DNA of 64,000 nt from an uncultured virus (IMG/VR IMGVR_UViG_3300024358_000470) (taxonomy: Duplodnaviria > Heunggongvirae > Uroviricota > Caudoviricetes), in IMG/VR virus record IMGVR_UViG_3300024358_000470. One strand, given 5' to 3'. Positions 49,931 to 58,725 of the stretch are shown in pieces. The translations under genes and the position numbers were made by a program. Below the pieces are notes generated by a model. It was not told the origin of the DNA. It ran no database searches and saw only the letters and a list, made by a program, of their open reading frames with translations. The stretch's first letter is position 1. Every line of letters starts with the position of its first letter.

Positions 49931-51397
49931 ATGAGTGATGTAATCATTGAAAAGAAAAATGAGGTTTACATTAAGCTACATTGTGAACCTCATATTTTGT
50001 ACGAACTTCAACCATATTTTACTTTTGAAGTTGAATCTGCGAAATTCATGTCCCAGTATAGAAGCAGGCACTGGGACGGCAAGATTCGATTGTTAAGTAC
50101 TCATACTGGAGAAATATATGCTGGTTTGTTAGATAAAATTATCGACAAACTAAAACTGCATAATTACACCTATGAGTTTAAAGAAAATAAATTCTATGGA
50201 TTGCCTTTTGAAATTAACGAGGGCATCTCATATGAAGGTGTAAAAGATTATATGCAATCTATTTGTTCTCATTCTCCAAGAGACTATCAAATAGAGGGAG
50301 TATACGATGCTCTAAGGCATAATAGAAAATTGCTGATATCACCCACAGCCTCAGGTAAATCCTTAATGATTTATTCCCTTGTAAGGTATTATGTAGATAA
50401 AGGACAAAAAATTCTTTTAGTTGTTCCAACGACATCTCTTGTAGAGCAGATGTACAAGGATTTTGAAGACTATGGTTGGGATGCTGAGTCATACTGTCAC
50501 AAAATTTATTCTGGTAGAGAGAAGACAAATAAACATTCTGTCACTATCACTACCTGGCAATCTATCTATAAACTAGAACGCCCATTCTTTGAAGATTATG
50601 GCGTAATCATAGGGGATGAAGCTCACTTATTCAAGAGCAAATCTCTTGTCGATATCATGACCAAACTTCATCATGCAAAATATCGTTTTGGTTTTACTGG
50701 AACTCTTGATGGAACTCAAACACACAAATGGGTTCTTGAAGGACTTTTTGGACCTTCATATAAAGTTACTAGAACTTATGAGTTGATGCAGCAAGGACAT
50801 ATTTCTCAATTAGATATTCGCTGCCTTGTCCTCAAACATGCTCCACAAAAATTTGAAACCTATGAAGATGAGATACAATACTTAATATCTCATGACCAAA
50901 GAAATAAATTTATTACAAATCTTTCTTTAGATTTAAAAGGTAACACTCTTGTTCTGTTTTCACGAGTAGAAGCTCATGGTGCAATTTTATACGAAAAGAT
51001 AAATACTAACAAGCGAAATGATCGTAAAGTATTTTTTATTCATGGTGGAGTTGATACTGAAGAGAGGGAATTAGTTAGGGAAATTACAGAAAGAGAAGAC
51101 AATGCCATAATCGTAGCATCCTACGGAACTTTCAGTACTGGCATCAATATCAAAAATCTTCATAATGTTATATTTGCCTCTCCAAGCAAATCAAGAATTA
51201 GAAATTTACAAAGTATTGGAAGAGTACTAAGAAAAGGAACTAACAAAACAAAAGCAATACTTTATGATATTTCAGACGACTGCACTTATAACTCAAGAAA
51301 AAATTATACTCTGAATCACCTCATTGAAAGAATTAAAATCTATAATGAAGAAAATTTTAACTATGAAATAATCACCATACAACTTAAGAAAAAATGA
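49931..51397 (+). CDS. uvsW: UvsW SF2 helicase
   Basis: PTASGKS; GDEAH; GFTGT; QSIGRVLR. Confidence 0.95.
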   Translation: MSDVIIEKKNEVYIKLHCEPHILYELQPYFTFEVESAKFMSQYRSRHWDGKIRLLSTHTGEIYAGLLDKIIDKLKLHNYTYEFKENKFYGLPFEINEGISYEGVKDYMQSICSHSPRDYQIEGVYDALRHNRKLLISPTASGKSLMIYSLVRYYVDKGQKILLVVPTTSLVEQMYKDFEDYGWDAESYCHKIYSGREKTNKHSVTITTWQSIYKLERPFFEDYGVIIGDEAHLFKSKSLVDIMTKLHHAKYRFGFTGTLDGTQTHKWVLEGLFGPSYKVTRTYELMQQGHISQLDIRCLVLKHAPQKFETYEDEIQYLISHDQRNKFITNLSLDLKGNTLVLFSRVEAHGAILYEKINTNKRNDRKVFFIHGGVDTEERELVREITEREDNAIIVASYGTFSTGINIKNLHNVIFASPSKSRIRNLQSIGRVLRKGTNKTKAILYDISDDCTYNSRKNYTLNHLIERIKIYNEENFNYEIITIQLKKK

Positions 51398-51786
51398 TAG
51401 AAGATGATTTTTACTGCACAATCAAGTTAAAAACAGGCGAAGAAATCTTTGCCAAAGTAGCAGCTTCCGAAGAAGAAGATAGGACAATATTAATCATTTC
51501 AAATCCAATTACTATTTGTGAAATCAAAAATAGAACTAGTGTTGTTGGATATAAACTGGAACCATGGTTGAAAACAACCAAAGAAGATATGTTTATAATT
51601 AATCTAGAAGACGTACTCACTCTTTCAGAATCTTCTGATATTGAAATGATCATGATGTACCAGTCCTATGTCCGCCACTCAAGTAAGGATGGTACGAATC
51701 AATCAAAACTTAATCGTAGAATGGGATACCTTGCCAATGTCAACGATGCTAAAGAGATATTAGAGAAGCTTTATAAAAATAGCTAA
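51394..51786 (+). CDS. Conserved hypothetical protein between uvsW and g55
   Basis: IKLKTGEEIFA...PWL...MGYL..V.DAK..LE.LY. Confidence 0.65.
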   Translation: MIEDDFYCTIKLKTGEEIFAKVAASEEEDRTILIISNPITICEIKNRTSVVGYKLEPWLKTTKEDMFIINLEDVLTLSESSDIEMIMMYQSYVRHSSKDGTNQSKLNRRMGYLANVNDAKEILEKLYKNS

Positions 51787-51837
51787 GATATAACTTATCA
51801 ACCCCGACAAAGGTTATTGTACAGGTATTTGGATACC

Positions 51838-51866
51838 TTGTCAAGCATTTGCATAAATGGTATAAT
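51838..51866 (+). promoter_or_regulatory. Sigma70-type promoter upstream of g55
   Basis: TTGTCA-N17-TATAAT with extended TGn; preceded by the inverted repeat AGGTAT-ttgg-ATACCT. Confidence 0.7.
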
Positions 51867-51891
51867 CTATACATAATAATGATAAAAACTT

Positions 51892-52389
51892 ATGATAACC
51901 ACAGCAGTTATGACCAAGAGAAAGAGGTCAGAGCATTACGTAAACAACAAAGAGTTTCTTGCTGCTCTCATTAAGTATAGAGAAGATAAAGAAATCGCTC
52001 TTCTACAGAATAAACCAAAACCTCCCATTCCTCGCTACATTGGAGAGTGTTTTCTGAAGATCGCTAATCATCTTTCCTTCAAACCAAACTTCGTGAACTA
52101 CATGTTCAAGGAAGATATGATTTCTGACGGTATTGAAAACTGCGTTCAGTACATTCACAATTTCAATCCAGAGAAATCACAAAATCCTTTTGCATACTTT
52201 ACTCAAATCATTCACTACGCATTCCTTCGCCGTATTCAAAGAGAGAAGCGTCAACTGGAAATCAAAAACAAAATCCTTGAACGCTCTGGATTTTCTGAAG
52301 TGTTTGCTGACGACAACACTATTGACGGCGGGAACTATTCCGATTATAATAGCATCAAAGATGGTGTCCACTCCAAACTTCGTTATTGA
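51892..52389 (+). CDS. g55: Late-transcription sigma factor
   Basis: HYVNNKEF; YMFKEDMISDG; NPFAYFTQI..AFLRRI. Confidence 0.95.
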   Translation: MITTAVMTKRKRSEHYVNNKEFLAALIKYREDKEIALLQNKPKPPIPRYIGECFLKIANHLSFKPNFVNYMFKEDMISDGIENCVQYIHNFNPEKSQNPFAYFTQIIHYAFLRRIQREKRQLEIKNKILERSGFSEVFADDNTIDGGNYSDYNSIKDGVHSKLRY

Positions 52390-53424
52390 ATGAAAGTCGC
52401 TATTATTACAGACACTCACTACGGTGCAAGAAAAGGTTCAAAACTTTTTCATGATTATTTTGAACTTTTTTATAAGAATGTGTTTTTCCCGACGCTGGAA
52501 CAGTACGGGATTGATACAGTTATTCACATGGGTGATGCTTTTGATAGTAGAAAGTCAATTGATTATCAAAGTTTAGAGTGGGCAAAACGAGTAGTATTTG
52601 AACCACTCAAAAAATATCATGTCCATATGATTGTTGGTAATCATGATAGTTATTATAAAAATACCAACAACACAAATTCACCTCAACTTCTGTTGAAAGA
52701 TTATCCTAATATTCAAACATATTCTTCACCAACAGAAATCAAGGTTGGAAATCTTGATGTTCTTCTCCTTCCTTGGATTTGCGTGGAAAATGAAGAGCAG
52801 TCACTTAAAATGATTAAGAAAACAAAGGCAAAAGTTGCCATGGGTCATCTTGAGTTCCAAGGTTTTCGTGTAAACCGTCAAATCATTATGGAACATGGAC
52901 TGGAAGCAAATCTTTTTAAGGACTTCTCTAAGGTATTTTCTGGTCATTACCACACTCGTTCTGATAATGGAACTGTTTTCTACTTGGGAAATCCTTATGA
53001 GATTTACTGGACAGATGTAAATGATACTCGTGGATTTACTATCTTTGATACAGAAACTTTAGAACATACTCCAATCAATAATCCTTATAAGATGTTTCAT
53101 AACATTTATTATGAGGATACAAATTATCAAACATTTGATACTCGCGAGTATGAAAATAAGATTGTAAAAGTTGTTGTTCGTAAGAAATCAGACACTAAGA
53201 AGTTTGAAAAATTTGTTGATAAACTTTACGCTTCAAATATTGCAGAACTCAAAATTATTGAGAACTTCGATATTCAGGAACCTGTAGAGTTTGAAGCATT
53301 CGAAAGTGAAGACACTATCTCCATTCTGAATAGATATATTCAGGAGGCTGAAATAAATCTTGATAAATCAATCATTCAAAAAATGATGCAAGAAATATAT
53401 CAAGAGGCTTGTGAGTTAATTTAA
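52390..53424 (+). CDS. g47: Recombination endonuclease subunit (SbcD/Mre11-like)
   Basis: DTH; GDAFD; GNHD; GHL; SGHYH. Confidence 0.95.
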   Translation: MKVAIITDTHYGARKGSKLFHDYFELFYKNVFFPTLEQYGIDTVIHMGDAFDSRKSIDYQSLEWAKRVVFEPLKKYHVHMIVGNHDSYYKNTNNTNSPQLLLKDYPNIQTYSSPTEIKVGNLDVLLLPWICVENEEQSLKMIKKTKAKVAMGHLEFQGFRVNRQIIMEHGLEANLFKDFSKVFSGHYHTRSDNGTVFYLGNPYEIYWTDVNDTRGFTIFDTETLEHTPINNPYKMFHNIYYEDTNYQTFDTREYENKIVKVVVRKKSDTKKFEKFVDKLYASNIAELKIIENFDIQEPVEFEAFESEDTISILNRYIQEAEINLDKSIIQKMMQEIYQEACELI

Positions 53425-53697
53425 ATGTTTATCTTAACAATTAATGGCAAAGAAACTGAGGGTGCATATTCTGTAATTGACGATGAAGGAGAACACATTT
53501 TATATCTCTTTCAGGAAGAAGATGATGCTACTCGATATGCTATGATGCTAGAGGAAGATGGATTTCCAGAAATGCATGTAATTGAAATTGAAGATGAAGT
53601 AATGGTAAAAACTTGCGAAATGCATGGATACCAGTATACTGTTATTACTCCTGATGATATTGTAATTCCTCCAAACACTGAACATGATTTTATTTAA
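53425..53697 (+). CDS. Conserved acidic hypothetical protein between g47 and g46
   Basis: LFQEEDDATRYAMML...DIVIPP. Confidence 0.65.
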   Translation: MFILTINGKETEGAYSVIDDEGEHILYLFQEEDDATRYAMMLEEDGFPEMHVIEIEDEVMVKTCEMHGYQYTVITPDDIVIPPNTEHDFI

Positions 53698-55396
53698 AAC
53701 TATTAGATGGAAAAACTTCTTAAGTACTGGAAATCAATATACGGAAGTTGATTTTACTGAAAATAAAACTAATCTAATCGTCGGCACAAACGGAGCTGGA
53801 AAAAGCACCGTTTTGGATGCACTTACATTTTCTTTATTTGGAAAACCATTTCGTAAGATTAATAAACCACAACTAATCAACTCTGTAAATGAGAAGGATT
53901 GTAGAGTTGAAGTTGAGTTTTCAATTGGAAACACTGATTGGAAAGTTGTAAGAGGAATAAAACCGGCACTGTTTGAGATTTGGAGAAATGATACTCCTTT
54001 AGACCAGTCTTCAGCTGCTCTAGACCAACAAAAGTGGTTTGAACAGACTGTTCTTAAAATGAACTACAAGTCTTTTACTCAAATTGTAATTTTGGGTTCC
54101 AGTACTTTTGTTCCTTTCATGCAACTTTCTGCTGCTCATCGTCGTGAAGTGATTGAAGATCTTCTTGATATTAAGATTTTCTCTTCAATGAACGCGGTAA
54201 TTAAAGAAAAGATTCGTCAGGCAAAAGAAGATATTAAAGTTCTTGACTTAAAGAAAGAATCTTTGCTCGATAAGGTTAAGATGCAACAAGAGTTTATCGA
54301 AGAACTTGAGAATCGCGGAAAAGAAAGTATTGATAACAATAATCGGAAAATTTCCGATTTAGATAAAGAAATTCAACAACATATGGATGAAAATGGTTCT
54401 TTAGAAGAACCTCTTTATGAGTATATTAGAGAGCAAGATAAGTTAGTTGGATATGCTGATAAACTTCGTAAGTTGGGAAACTTGAAAGGTAAAATCTCAC
54501 AAAAAGTATCTACCATTACTAAAGAGCATAAGTTCTTCACAGAGAATACGGTATGCCCCACCTGCACTCAATCCATTGAAGAGACCTTCAGAATAAATAG
54601 AATTAACGACGCTCAATCTAAAGCAAAGGAGTTGCAATCTGGGTATAAAGAACTAGAGGAGGCAATTAAAGAGGAAGAGGAGCGAGAGCGTCAATTCAAT
54701 ACTCTGTCGAAGGAGATTTCAAAATTAACGAATGGCATTTCTCAAAACAATATTAAGATTAATGGATTGCGGAGACAAATCCGAAATCTTGAATCAGAAA
54801 TTCAAGTTCTTACCGAGAACCTTGCAAACCGAAATTCTGAACATGAGAAGTTAGAATCCTTCAGAGACAACTTAAAAACTACATACGACGACCTCGCTTC
54901 TAAAAAAGACACAATCAACTATTACGATTTTTCGTATAGTTTACTTAAAGACGGTGGAGTAAAATCCAAAATCATCAAGAAGTATTTGCCTCTCATCAAT
55001 CAGCAAGTTAATCGCTATTTGCAGATGATGGACTTCTACATTAACTTTACACTTGATGAGGAGTTTAACGAAACCGTCCAGTCACCTATTCACGAAGATT
55101 TCTCTTATGCTTCCTTTAGTGAAGGAGAGAAAATGAGAATTGACCTTGCTCTACTCTTCACATGGAGAGAAGTTGCAAGAATGAAGAACTCCGTCAATAC
55201 AAATCTTTTGATTATGGATGAGGTGTTTGATTCTTCACTTGATGGATTTGGAACTGAAGAGTTCCTTAAGATTATTCGTTATGTGATTAAAGACGCAAAC
55301 ATTTTTGTTATCTCTCATAAGACAGGTCTTGAGGACAGATTTGAAAGTGTCATAAAGTTTGAGAAAGTAAAAGGTTTTTCGCGTATGGTGGTCTGA
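53684..55396 (+). CDS. g46: Recombination ATPase subunit (SbcC/Rad50-like)
   Basis: GTNGAGKS; CPTC zinc hook; FSEGE; MDEVFD; SH. Confidence 0.96.
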   Translation: MILFKTIRWKNFLSTGNQYTEVDFTENKTNLIVGTNGAGKSTVLDALTFSLFGKPFRKINKPQLINSVNEKDCRVEVEFSIGNTDWKVVRGIKPALFEIWRNDTPLDQSSAALDQQKWFEQTVLKMNYKSFTQIVILGSSTFVPFMQLSAAHRREVIEDLLDIKIFSSMNAVIKEKIRQAKEDIKVLDLKKESLLDKVKMQQEFIEELENRGKESIDNNNRKISDLDKEIQQHMDENGSLEEPLYEYIREQDKLVGYADKLRKLGNLKGKISQKVSTITKEHKFFTENTVCPTCTQSIEETFRINRINDAQSKAKELQSGYKELEEAIKEEEERERQFNTLSKEISKLTNGISQNNIKINGLRRQIRNLESEIQVLTENLANRNSEHEKLESFRDNLKTTYDDLASKKDTINYYDFSYSLLKDGGVKSKIIKKYLPLINQQVNRYLQMMDFYINFTLDEEFNETVQSPIHEDFSYASFSEGEKMRIDLALLFTWREVARMKNSVNTNLLIMDEVFDSSLDGFGTEEFLKIIRYVIKDANIFVISHKTGLEDRFESVIKFEKVKGFSRMVV

Positions 55397-55410
55397 ACCA
55401 CTCAAGAACA

Positions 55411-55632
55411 ATGCAAGTCCCAAACTGGAAGCACCATTCCAAGAAAGAACAGAAACGAAAACTTAAACCGCAAGCACTGAGGCAAGCGAAAGCACGACTC
55501 GCCCAGTTCAAAAAGCGTCACATGGGTCGCCCAAAAGGCGACCTTTCGTTTTATGATGGTCTCATACGAAACAAATCCAATGGCAGTCTCTCACGAAATC
55601 AAATCCCAACTTGCCAAACTGCTTGCCACTGA
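55411..55632 (+). CDS. Small basic hypothetical protein
   Basis: PNWKHHSKK...LKPQALRQAK; 3' part overlaps a promoter element and the next gene. Confidence 0.4.
   Translation: MQVPNWKHHSKKEQKRKLKPQALRQAKARLAQFKKRHMGRPKGDLSFYDGLIRNKSNGSLSRNQIPTCQTACH
55503..55575 (+). promoter_or_regulatory. Hairpin-containing promoter/terminator element, copy 1
   Basis: CCAGTT...GGTCGCC-caaaa-GGCGACC-TTTCGTTT-TATGAT...GAAACAAA. Confidence 0.6.
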
Positions 55633-57769
55633 AGACCTTGTAGTGGAGCACAAGAAAGTTCCTACAGCGTGCTTCAATGTTCATACTCGTGTTCTCACCC
55701 TTCCTTTGTGGGAAAAGGCAAGTGGTCTTGTGTATGACCTTCTGGTGGGTCATGAGGTGGGTCATGCTCTCTTCACTCCTGATGAAGATTGGACTGAGAC
55801 TGCAAAGGTTCCTCAGCAGTTTGTGAATGTGGTAGAAGATGCCCGCATTGAGAAACTGATGAAGCGTAAGTATGCTGGACTTGCTAAGACTTTCTTCAAT
55901 GGTTATAAGGAACTGAACGAAGAAGATTTCTTTCAACTTAAAGAAGAAGATATTTCTACTTTTAATCTTGCCGATCGTGCTAACCTTTATTTTAAAGTTG
56001 GTAACTTTTTGACTCTTGATTTTGCTCCAGAGGAAAAAGAAATCATTAATATCATTGATGCTTGTGAAAGTTTTGCAGATACATTGATTGCTGCTGAAGA
56101 ACTTTATAAGTATTGTAAAAAAGAAAAGGAACAACAGCAGAAGGTTGCTGACTTTGATTCGCAAGAAACTCAAGGGAACTCGCAGTCTCCTGCAAGCGAT
56201 TTTGTAGAGACTAATGACTCCTCTTCTGAGCAAGAAGGTGAGAGTGATAACTCCTCCAAAAAAGAGTCTTCTGAGTCCTATGGCGGCACTGCTCAAGGTG
56301 ATGAAACTCCTGTAAAATCTTCTGGGGAAAAAGAAGAACCTGAAGTTCGCACTGCAGAGTCTTTGGAAGATAAGATTCGTGACCTTGTGGGTAACGATGG
56401 ATATGAAAATGTTTATATTGAGGTTCCTCAAGTAAATCTTGATACTGTTATTGGTAAGAACTCTGAAGTTCATAAAGATATTGATGATTCTTTTGCTCAT
56501 CAACAAAAAATTCATAATGAACACGCACAAGAAAAGGGATATACTCCAGTAAATCTTTATAAAGAATCTGATACTGAGTTCAAGAAGTTCAAGTCTTCTG
56601 CCCAAAAAGAAGTCAATTACCTTGTAAAAGAATTTGAGTGCCGTAAGGCAGCAGACCAGTATGCTCGTGCATCAACTGCTCGCACTGGTATTCTCGATAC
56701 AACTCGTCTTCATACTTACAAGTACAATGAAGACTTGTTCAAGAAAGTATCTGTGATTCCTGATGGCAAAAATCATGGTCTGGTATTTGTGTTGGACTGG
56801 AGTGGTTCTATGTGCGATGTGATGCTTGATACTTGTAAACAACTCTTTAACATTGTTTGGTTTTGTAAGAAAGTTTCCATTCCTTTTGAGGTTTATGCTT
56901 TTACTAGTGAGTGGCGTCGCGGTGAGTATGATTATGAGAATGATCGTTATCTCGCTGCAGACCGTACTCCACATTATCAAAAGAAAGATGGTCTTCTGGT
57001 TGTAGATGAAACTTTCTCGATGATGAACATTCTTACTAGTAAAGTTTCTGGTAAAGTTCTTGAGAATCAAATGCTCAACATTTGGCGTCTTGCTTATTGT
57101 TTTGGTAGGACTTATAGTTCTTCTTATACCTATCCGAGTCGTCTTTGTCTTTCTGGAACTCCTCTAAATGAGGCACTGATTACTCTTAACCAAATTCTTC
57201 CTAAGTTTCAAAAAGAAAATAAACTTCAGAAGGTGCAGTGTATTGTTTTGACTGATGGTGAGGCAAATCAACTTGTTTATCACAAAGAAGTCAAACGCCA
57301 GTGGGAAAAGAAACCATTTCTTGGAACTGGATATATTAATCCAGAACTAACCTTCCTGCGTGACCGCAAACTTGGAACTACCTATAAGATTGGATATGGT
57401 TATCATGAGTTTACTGATGCTCTTCTCAGGAACTTGAAAGATAAGTTTTCTAATACAAACTTTATTGGTATTCGTGTTCTTGAAAGTCGCAATGCAAGTC
57501 GGTTTATTGGTCTTTATCACTCTATCAATGATGGTAAGGTGTATGATAAAATCCTGAGTGATTGGAAAAAACTGAAGAGTTTCACTATTACTAACTCTGG
57601 ATATGATGCATACTTTGGAATGTCTGCAACCGCACTTTCTCAAGATACTGAATTTGAAATTGCTGAAGATGCAACCAAATCTCAAATCAAATCTGCTTTT
57701 GTGAAATCTTTGAAGACTAAAAAACTAAATAAAAAAGTATTAGGAGAATTTATTTCTTTGGTAGCATGA
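55580..57769 (+). CDS. CobT-like protein: N-terminal HExxH metallopeptidase-like domain plus vWA (MIDAS) domain
   Basis: GHEVGH...NVVEDARIE; acidic linker; LDWSGSM; SGTPL; LTDGE. Confidence 0.82.
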   Translation: MAVSHEIKSQLAKLLATEDLVVEHKKVPTACFNVHTRVLTLPLWEKASGLVYDLLVGHEVGHALFTPDEDWTETAKVPQQFVNVVEDARIEKLMKRKYAGLAKTFFNGYKELNEEDFFQLKEEDISTFNLADRANLYFKVGNFLTLDFAPEEKEIINIIDACESFADTLIAAEELYKYCKKEKEQQQKVADFDSQETQGNSQSPASDFVETNDSSSEQEGESDNSSKKESSESYGGTAQGDETPVKSSGEKEEPEVRTAESLEDKIRDLVGNDGYENVYIEVPQVNLDTVIGKNSEVHKDIDDSFAHQQKIHNEHAQEKGYTPVNLYKESDTEFKKFKSSAQKEVNYLVKEFECRKAADQYARASTARTGILDTTRLHTYKYNEDLFKKVSVIPDGKNHGLVFVLDWSGSMCDVMLDTCKQLFNIVWFCKKVSIPFEVYAFTSEWRRGEYDYENDRYLAADRTPHYQKKDGLLVVDETFSMMNILTSKVSGKVLENQMLNIWRLAYCFGRTYSSSYTYPSRLCLSGTPLNEALITLNQILPKFQKENKLQKVQCIVLTDGEANQLVYHKEVKRQWEKKPFLGTGYINPELTFLRDRKLGTTYKIGYGYHEFTDALLRNLKDKFSNTNFIGIRVLESRNASRFIGLYHSINDGKVYDKILSDWKKLKSFTITNSGYDAYFGMSATALSQDTEFEIAEDATKSQIKSAFVKSLKTKKLNKKVLGEFISLVA

Positions 57770-58479
57770 AAACATTCCAAGAATTTGTGGTAGAGTGTTA
57801 CTCTATTCAAGAAACATCTTTGAATAGAGTTCGCTCAAAATCAGAAAAAGGTGGTATGGCAATTATGTCTGCCCAAAGAGGCGATAAATCAAAGAAAGAA
57901 AATAAAGCGCGTTCAAAACAATTGGAGAAAGATATTAGAGGTGCTGGTCTTCCAGGACCTACTAAGGTATCTGGTAGATATACTGAAAACCCAGGAACTC
58001 CTCAAGAAAAAAAAGTAGGTGAGAAATCACATGTAGTTTCTTCTGGTAAAATGGGTAAGAAAAAGTTCAAAAAAGCAATCACTAAACTTGGTAAAAAATA
58101 TAATCAAGATTCTGTCTTAATTCAAAAAAAACCAAAGGGTTCTGCTCAACTGGTGGGAACTAATAAGTCTTGGCCAGGAGAGGGTAAGCGTGTTAAAGTC
58201 GGTAAAATGAATCCAGGTAGAACTGGTGAGTTTGATACTAAAGTTAAAAACAAGACATTTACTTATGAACAGAATATGAGTGAGGCGGGTGACTGGTGGC
58301 ATCCAGATCCCAAAAAAGATGCTGCTATTAGTGGCGCTGGCAACAAGATGAGAGCTCGAGAAAACAGAGGTCAAAATACATCTGCACAAACAAAACAAGA
58401 TTATAGTAATCGCCTAAAACCAGGTGAAACTTATATGCAATTTGCAAAGCGTAAACAAGAAGAACGAAATAAAAAATGA
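57766..58479 (+). CDS. CTS-bearing protein with a SAM-lyase (T3 SAMase/DUF3293)-like domain
   Basis: MKTFQEFVVE N-terminus; SAQRG...EN..R..L; GRYTE; GEKS; KYNQDSVLI; CTAAATA at 57725. Confidence 0.55.
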   Translation: MKTFQEFVVECYSIQETSLNRVRSKSEKGGMAIMSAQRGDKSKKENKARSKQLEKDIRGAGLPGPTKVSGRYTENPGTPQEKKVGEKSHVVSSGKMGKKKFKKAITKLGKKYNQDSVLIQKKPKGSAQLVGTNKSWPGEGKRVKVGKMNPGRTGEFDTKVKNKTFTYEQNMSEAGDWWHPDPKKDAAISGAGNKMRARENRGQNTSAQTKQDYSNRLKPGETYMQFAKRKQEERNKK

Positions 58480-58661
58480 AAACTAAATTTCCATTTGAAC
58501 ATGTAGTAAAATATGATACTAAAGAAGTATGGATTAAATGCAATAGCAGCACAACTGCTATTGGTATTCCTTCTTTAGTTAATAAATACTATCCAGGATA
58601 TACTGGACATATTGCCAGCGAAGAGTATCTCAAAGAACTCAAGAACCAATTGGAGAACTGA
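58476..58661 (+). CDS. Small hypothetical protein
   Basis: 61 aa, translationally coupled (ATGA overlap); FPFEHVV...YYPGY. Confidence 0.55.
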   Translation: MKTKFPFEHVVKYDTKEVWIKCNSSTTAIGIPSLVNKYYPGYTGHIASEEYLKELKNQLEN

Positions 58662-58717
58662 CCACTGGGGTCCCAAGAGGACCCCTTTTTGGTCTATAAT
58701 GACTATGTTGAAACAAA
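58646..58717 (+). promoter_or_regulatory. Hairpin-containing promoter/terminator element, copy 2
   Basis: CCAATT...GGGGTCC-caaga-GGACCCC-TTTTT-ggtc-TATAAT...GAAACAAA. Confidence 0.65.
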
Positions 58718-58725
58718 GCAAACAA

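Noticed and set aside
55562..56605. 347-aa minus-strand ORF, and others such as 58639..59307 and 7449..8009
   Set aside because: Antisense shadows of well-supported plus-strand genes; Phe/Ile-rich composition with no motifs, explained by codon bias.
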